From Azolla caroliniana (Eukaryota; Plantae; Polypodiophyta): a stretch of 64,000 nucleotides of DNA. A program made the position numbers and the translations under genes. The stretch spans positions 1,364,001 through 1,428,000 of the forward strand of contig JBHGNT010000001.1 of NCBI GenBank assembly GCA_043228905.1, given 5' to 3'. Under the pieces are notes generated by a model, which was given only the letters and a program-made list of their open reading frames with translations, ran no database searches and was not told the DNA's origin. How positions within the stretch are numbered: the stretch's first letter is position 1; every line of letters begins with the position of its first letter. Shown here piece after piece: positions 57,101-64,000 of this stretch.

Positions 57101-60100
57101 TGAGCATTTCATTTTGCTGTGCAGGTTACCACAGCTAATAAGCAATTAACTAGATTTGATGTTACAGTACACACAAATGAATACTTATCTACACTTCGTG
57201 CAAAGGTGAGCCGCTCAAAAGTTCATGGTTCTGAAGAATGCATTTCGTTTCTTAACATTCAGTTTCTGCATCATATTAATCATGTTTTTTTCTGCATGCG
57301 ATCTTATAGGTTGCTAAATTGCTAGATCATACTGTCTCCCGAGTCAGATTGGCATATTTGAATAGGGAATTGGTGCAAGACTCACAGGTAGAGACTCCGG
57401 ATCATCTATTATGTACAGAAACTCCACTCTCAGGTACATTGTAGGCTCACATGACCTGTCTGGTTTACAGGTTCTGTGGCAGTGTGGTTTGATTGGTGGG
57501 CAAACAATTTCGGCCTCTGTAAGCAATTTATTGTAACATAAAACAATCATTTATATGTGATGCACTGTTCTTGACATAAAACACTTGATTATTCAGGTAA
57601 ATTTGGTGGAGAGAATAAGCAGGCCAACAGATGAAAAACATCTACCAGGGATATTGATATCCAAGAACATTAAGGCATGCAATTGTTTCTTCGCTATTGC
57701 TTGCATCAACTTGTTATGAAGATACCTGACATGCTTTTATTTGTATTTTTTATTGTCATAAAACTGTAATCAAGCTGATTGAACCATTCTTGGTTTTGTA
57801 TTTCTCAGTTCTATGATACTCTCTTTAAGCTGGCGAATGCCAGTGATACTAACATACGTGAGGTATATCCGTTTACTCTTTTTTGGTTACTTGTTGATTC
57901 AAGGATGCTATTTCTCTTGTTAATTGAAGATGTTAATGTGTTAATTCTCCACATTTAGGCTGCAAACAATTTACTCGCTATTCTTCCAACACATCCAGGT
58001 ATCCTAGCAGATTTTCAGGTAAGATGGATTCCCATTTATACATGGGTGATTGACGTTTTATGTGCTCTATATCCTCTAGTAATGTTTCTCTACATGTCAG
58101 AATCTTTGCAAAAAGAATGTGGAAGATAACCGATTGCTTCTGATGTCACATTTTGGAGCTCGGTCTCGGCTATTATACTCTCTTCAGGTAATCTTATTTC
58201 AGTTCCATTGTTGAAAACCAATATTTATGATCGGGGTCTTAGAATCAAAGAGCTGAAGATTCTGTTTTGTATTTGTAAATCCCAAATCACCTTGATTTTG
58301 TTGGTGGACACCTTCTGGATCTCTGTCTGTTGGATTAATGCACTTTCCATCTGAAAGTTTTTGTATCCTTCCTATAACCTTGCCTTTTATGAAATACATG
58401 ATTAAGAAAAGCTTTCGCAGTGAAGAAAGTTCAGTGTTTAAGCAGAGAGGGGTAGGGAGATAGAATGAAAGGAAGATATATTAACGTCTCCCAGAGGCCA
58501 AAGTCTGCCGATGAGACAAATTATGGTTACAAACATAGGTGAATTCATGTTATCCACATTGAAACAAAATAAAAGCTCTAGATCTCGTCAAGTTCCATGA
58601 TAATGATCTTAATGCATCTGGTAGAATGTTTTTGGTGATGGTTTACGAGCAAGAAGTGCATAGCTAATATGTATGGGTTGAGTAATGGTTAGGGTTCATT
58701 GTATCTGAGGTTGGTTTATATGCTGATGCCTATGGGTGTCCTTGAGCGGATAACATGGCAAGCAATGATCTCCATGATTTGGTTATGGTATGGCACATGT
58801 GGCTTGTATCTTAGTACTAGTGGTCTCAGTTGTCACATTGCTCTATGGTGACTCCTGGGCATGTAGTCAGTGGAGGTGTGGGCCTATGGAAGAAGTCAGT
58901 GATGTGCGATTGCCTATATATCCTGTGTCTAATGTAAGGGTTCCCCTATGCTTTTGTGAGTTAGCCGTCTCCATCATTTGTCGAATGGTGAAATCCTCAT
59001 AGAGGGTTACATACTCTTTGATGTGCTTGTAAGATGGGCAGCCACATGCAAGATGTTCCTCGTTCTCAATCTATCCTGCACATAATTTGCAGAATCTTTC
59101 CACTCTAGGTATATGAAGTGCATGTCCTACTTTGGTCTCTAGTTGGAAGGAGGAAACTCGAGTTGCCTTATTGATTTGTGAGTACTTTTGGACATGTAGA
59201 TGCTCATATACCTCAATCTATGTTTTTATCCATCCTGTGAGAAGTTTATGAAATGAACTTTGTAGTACGCCATCTTTGAGAGAAGAGGCATCATTTTGAA
59301 GTGTTGTATGGTGTCAGAAGGATGGGAAGTTCTTGATGTTGAGGCGATTGTTAAACCACTTTGTCACTTGTTGCCATTTCCTTTGGCACTTCAAATGCCT
59401 TGTGTGTAATTCTTTGAAGTGGCGTGGTTTTGGTCTGATTGATTAGGTTCAATGATTGGAGTAATGCTTCCATCATCAATGAGGTGTGGTGAATTCAGCT
59501 TGGATGATCTTATATATGGTGGAGGCCTTCATACCTATCATCTATAACGTCATAACTACTGGGCCCTCTTTTTGTGCTGATGTGTACATGGGGAGGCATG
59601 GAGCCTATGTAGTTTCCTTTTTTATAATGGCAAGGGTGACAATCATGTCGAATACCGATACTTTGGTACAAGGCTCTTGGTGGCATTGTTGTTCAAGCAT
59701 AGCCAAAACTGCTTTCCTAGTTACTTGGAAATTAACTTGCGTGTTCTGCAGTCTGGCTTTTTCTTCTCAATTCAGCCAAATTATATTGTGTATTTTTTAG
59801 CCACCTGAAATTATTAATCTTCTGTAGGTGCTTGATGGTTTGATCATGCCGGTGAACCGCCCTGTTGATACAAATACCCTGATGTTTCGTAAATCATTTC
59901 TCCTTGCGGGTGGCATTCAGTAAGCTTCTGTGGTGAACTATGTACATGAGATAGAAAATGCAGTTGTACTCATTGAGTATCATTTTTCTGCAGACATTTG
60001 CTGGCAATCCTTGATCCAGGTACCTTACCGGAGGGTATCGATAATCAAACTCGTCGTGGATGTTATGCGAGTTGCCTACGACTCCTAAAATTCCTGGTTA

Positions 60101-63100
60101 GTTTTCCTTTGCTCTGCGTGCTTCAAGTCCCTATTCTTCTTCTTGTTTTGAATATGAAAGATACATTTTGGATGTTTGGATGGTTCAAGACATTTTCCCT
60201 CTCTACAAGTTGCGTATTTAATTTCAAGATGGAAACTTCTTTAAATTGAGAATTCCTTGAAGACACCTCCAGCATTCTTCAAAATTTTAAAACAGTATCC
60301 TAGTGTCCTTATAATTAACAAGCTGGATTGCTATTGGCTGGCAGCTCTCAGAGAAAATGGTTTCTGAGGACATGGTTTTACCTATAAATGAAGTGACTGA
60401 TCTGAAAAGGTGCCCAATGATTGGTTTTCCTTTGCAATATAATTACATGTTTTACTCATTCTAATGAGAATATTCTCTTATGCTTATGTGCGTGTAAACT
60501 GGATAGTTCAACAGAAGTGAAAGTGGATTCAGATATATGCGCTGAAGATATGCTGACTAATAAGGCGGAGGAGACACATGGAAAGGTATGTGATACAAAT
60601 ATCCTCATATAAAGAGACAAGAGGTAGTTCAAATTTCAATTCATTTTATATTCAAGGTGCCAATGTTCTGATGAATGGAAATAAAAAGGTAATTTGAATA
60701 TTCAATTTTAGAAAAGCTAAATTAGAAATATGGTGGCTGGCCCAAACTGCTCTATGCATTACCGACTTTAATGACATTGATATATTGTATTTGTTTTTTT
60801 ATTGGACATTTATTTTCATCATATTCTGACTTAAGATTTATGCAGGTGGATCGGGATGTCATTGATATGTCATTAATCATCTGTGCTTTGAGGAGGATTA
60901 CATGGGTTGCTGCAATTGGACAACTATCAGCATTGGGAAGCTCTTTTCCATTGCATTCAGTCCTGGGGAAGCATTCTGGAAAGTCTGCCAAGGCAAGTTA
61001 ATGTAATAGATGATCTGGAAATAACAGCCTTGTTTGTTTATTTGCTCACTGTTGCGAATGGTCATATGTTTGGATATCCAGAAGCGGTCTTTTCCTGATG
61101 ATGCGGAATCCGGTTTAGATCCAGAAGATCAATATTTATGCTTTGAAGCGTTGGACTTTTTGGTGAGTCTACGTTGTTTTGTAATCTCTTCAATGATGCA
61201 ATAGAGTTATAGCATTATAAAAGCAAGTATTTATAAATTTGGAAAACATGTTTCCATTTTATACTTTGATTTCTTTTTACTGTGCGATTATGTGCATTGT
61301 GAGAATTGTGATGGATTAATAGGGCTTATCCCACTGTGAATCAACTTGCATACCATATGGAGTTGATTCAACAAGTGTTATCGGTTATGATCAGATTTTC
61401 TATTGGATTTTTGTTATAGTTAATGTAAACCTTATAGAGCCTGTTTTTAGTTTCAAGATTAAAGCTTTTTGTGTAGGGATTTCAAACTATTTTTTTCCTC
61501 TATCGTTCTCAAGTGTTTTCCTCTCTTCCATAATTTCACCTGTTTCTGCCATTATTTCAGCTGGATACATGGACCTTAAATGCAGTGTTGCAACTCTGCA
61601 ATGTTCTACCTATGAGTTGACCTGTTTTGTTTGAAGGTTAGGTTGTTTGGAAATAGGGGTTTTCATGATCTCATTTTTCATACGCCAATCACTTCATATA
61701 TCTTCATGTTTCTTTTTATTTGATGCAACAAGTATTTGATCAACCTTATTGATGTAACCTTGTTAACCTTTATTCTCACAAGAGTATTCACATGTGATTA
61801 ATCTTTAATATAGATATTTTTGTATTGTTGCTCCTTTCACATGATATATTGGCAGCTTGGTGTTCACATAAGAAACTTGTACAGATGTCTCTAGTATAAA
61901 TTTATTAATGTTAATATTTGTAGTCTGATTAGATATGCTACCAATCATTTTTGGCTTATTAATGTAAACTCATTCTGCTACCAATCATTTTTGGCTTATT
62001 AATGTAAACTCATTCTGGAATGTATGCAGATGCTGTGTCTATCAAGGCATAAATATTTGTGGAGATCTTTCTTTACTTCATCAGAGACAGACAACTTCAT
62101 CGTGGTATGATTATAGGAAGCTCACAGTATTTTTACTGATGCATGGATGGAGTTGCAATGATTAATTGTGCCATTGTAACAGGCAATGATTCTGCATTCA
62201 CCCGATAAAAGTGTTCGCTATCGAGCTGCAATCAGTTTTATGAAGCTATGGTATGAATAACCATATATCAATACTTTCTAGAAGTTGCTAAAAAGATGTT
62301 CAGGTTCTCTTCATACTGGATATATGGAGTCCTTATAATTGTATTTCTGCCAGTGTTATTAGACACGGGGTTGATCGTGTTGCACACCGGCGTATACTAA
62401 CAGCTCTATTGGGTGCTAAAAGTGAGGTTGTTCAGCACCCAAAACGCTGCCAGCATGTACAATCACCTTTTGAATTCTCTCCCTGAACTGTGTATGAATG
62501 TAATAAATAATTGTTAGGCATGTATTTTGATGTCTTGTTTATTTTTTGTGGCTATTCAGTATTGGGAGCTTTTAGCTCATCTTTTGTACTCATTAGAAGG
62601 GGAGGATGAACATGAAATAGCTGAGCAACAGCTAGAGGATGAACTTCAGTGGCTGAGCTCAGCACCTGCTGCTGTGGATGATGATGACAGGGTATTGCAT
62701 AATATTGGAATGGTGTTAATCATTTTTTGCCTGAGATAATGTCATTGGACTATTATACTTGTTTTTCTGCAGCTTCTGGAAGGCCACTTACACTTGGTCA
62801 AAGTACTTGTTGATGTGCTGGATAAAAGAATTATTGGTGTTGATAAGAGTCAACAAGGCAGAGGCCTAATCCAACTGGTTTGTTTCTATGTTGCTGGCCT
62901 CTTGATTTGTATACTTACTATTGAATTCCTAGTAATGGTGGTTATAATTTTCCTTTGTGGTTATTAACAGCTTATCAAGCACTTCCTTTTTCCAGACTCT
63001 GCAATTTTATTGCATGAGGAGGACCAAGTGCACACTAGGAAAATGCATGAAGTCCACTTTGGTGTTTTTGGGGTTTCACCCGAGGAAAACGGCTTATTGC

Positions 63101-64000
63101 AGGCCAGATGCAGTACACGAGGAAGCCGGGAAAAAGCTTTTCAGCTTCTTCTATGCCTTGCTACTCATTGCAAAGAAAGTTTCCAAGAGATTGTTGATTT
63201 GATTTTGAAGATTCATCTGTCAGAGCAAGTTTTGGATTGGGAGCACTTGCCATCATATGGGCGAAAAGCTATAGGTGGTTATGTTGGTTTGAAAAATGCA
63301 GGTGCAACGTGCTACATGAATTCTGTGTTCCAGCAGTTGTTTATGCAGCCGGAGGTTCGGAGGAGTGTATTAGCTTGTACAGAGTGCGACGATGTAGAAA
63401 AGGCAGGTTCAGTTTTCTTTCAACTACAAGCTATGTTTGGGGCTCTTCTAGGAAGCAGTCTTGATCATTACACACCTCAAGGTTTTTGGTGTGCCTATCG
63501 AGACTATGATGGAATGCCCATCAATCTTAGGGAACACCAGGATGCATTTGAATTTTTTAATCGACTATATGATTCAATTGATGAGACTCTGAAATGTACA
63601 CATCAAGAGACAACATTAACAAGAATTTTTGGTGGAATATTTGCACAACAGGTAACACTATGCATTGAACAAGTTATTCTTATTGAATTTATGTTTAGAC
63701 AATAGCAAATAGATTATTGTCAACCATAATTTTTTATGTTTGTGCTCTTTAATTCGAAATCTTGCATTAAGTTTGTTAGTGATATATTTGCAGGTGATTT
63801 GTCGTGGCTGTCCTCACAGAAGTGTGAGAGAAGAACCCTTTGCTGCCATAAGTGTCGATGTAAAGAATAAGAAGGATCTTGTTGAGTCTCTGGAGGCATT
63901 TGTGCGAGGTGACCTTTTAGAGGGTGACAATGCATACTACTGTGATGAATGTGGAACCAAAGTGGATGCCTTAAAGCGTGTTTGTGTGAAAGCTTTGCCT
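48143..64000 (+). CDS. Ubiquitin C-terminal hydrolase of the USP9X/USP24 (fat facets) type, peptidase C19; truncated at window end
   Basis: Cys box GYVGLKNAGATCYMNSVFQQLFM (catalytic Cys codon 63310-63312), INLREHQDAFEFF, and CRGCPHRSVREEPF..VRGDLLEGDNAYYCDECGTKVDALKRVCVK. The N-terminal helical region matches USP9X: SFNKQLSAVREIN, HKQYVDQ|VEKIMKFL..LDAIWAA..IFDLIADLAWSFSPEQLDSLF, DLDLVGLEYLWQIV, HLPGILIS. Exon 1 is 48143-49485, followed by about 35 introns. Confidence 0.92.
51200..52150 (-). mobile_element. Degenerate LINE RT remnant in a long USP intron
   Basis: Minus-strand fragments KTSLGPSE (cf. KSPGPDG), GFREQFCSLYF (cf. GLRQGxPLSPYLF) and TYAQ (cf. YADD) occur in the expected order. 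Many stops. Confidence 0.35.
58463..59740 (-). mobile_element. Degenerate LINE fragment with the family 3' tail in a USP intron
   Basis: Family tail GAAAGGAAGATATATTAACGTCTCCCAGAGGCCAAAG at about 58466, followed by about 1.2 kb of sequence with non-intronic composition. Confidence 0.4.
61936..62017. repeat. Perfect 40-bp tandem duplication just upstream of a USP splice acceptor
   Basis: TGCTACCAATCATTTTTGGCTTATTAATGTAAACTCATTC at 61936 and 61976. Confidence 0.95.

Overview
AT-rich eukaryotic nuclear DNA, most consistent with a seed-free land plant such as a fern (inferred from intron style, repeats and gene content). It holds four multi-exon genes in two head-to-head pairs. (1) Minus strand 7075-18142: an uncharacterised protein with repeated (E)xTFxPxI motifs and a C-terminal EF-hand. 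(2) Plus strand 21504-25476: a small conserved plant Cys-motif protein (At3g51100-like). (3) Minus strand 29138-45649: a full-length Integrator subunit 1 (INTS1) homolog. (4) Plus strand 48143 to the window end: a USP9X/USP24 (FAF-type) deubiquitinase. Introns and intergenic DNA carry a solo LTR with a perfect 5-bp TSD, a dispersed family of LINE-like 3' ends, decayed retroelement remnants and many tandem repeats. The most notable observations are: two DLNxxP (EAR-type) motifs at the INTS1 N-terminus; a U12-type first intron followed by a 25-nt micro-exon in INTS1; a perfect 25-nt antisense copy of an INTS1 5' splice site in an upstream intron; at least five probable GC-AG introns; and LINE tails that form the pyrimidine tract of two splice acceptors. 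Exon models were built by eye, and family calls rest on remembered motif similarity, not database searches.
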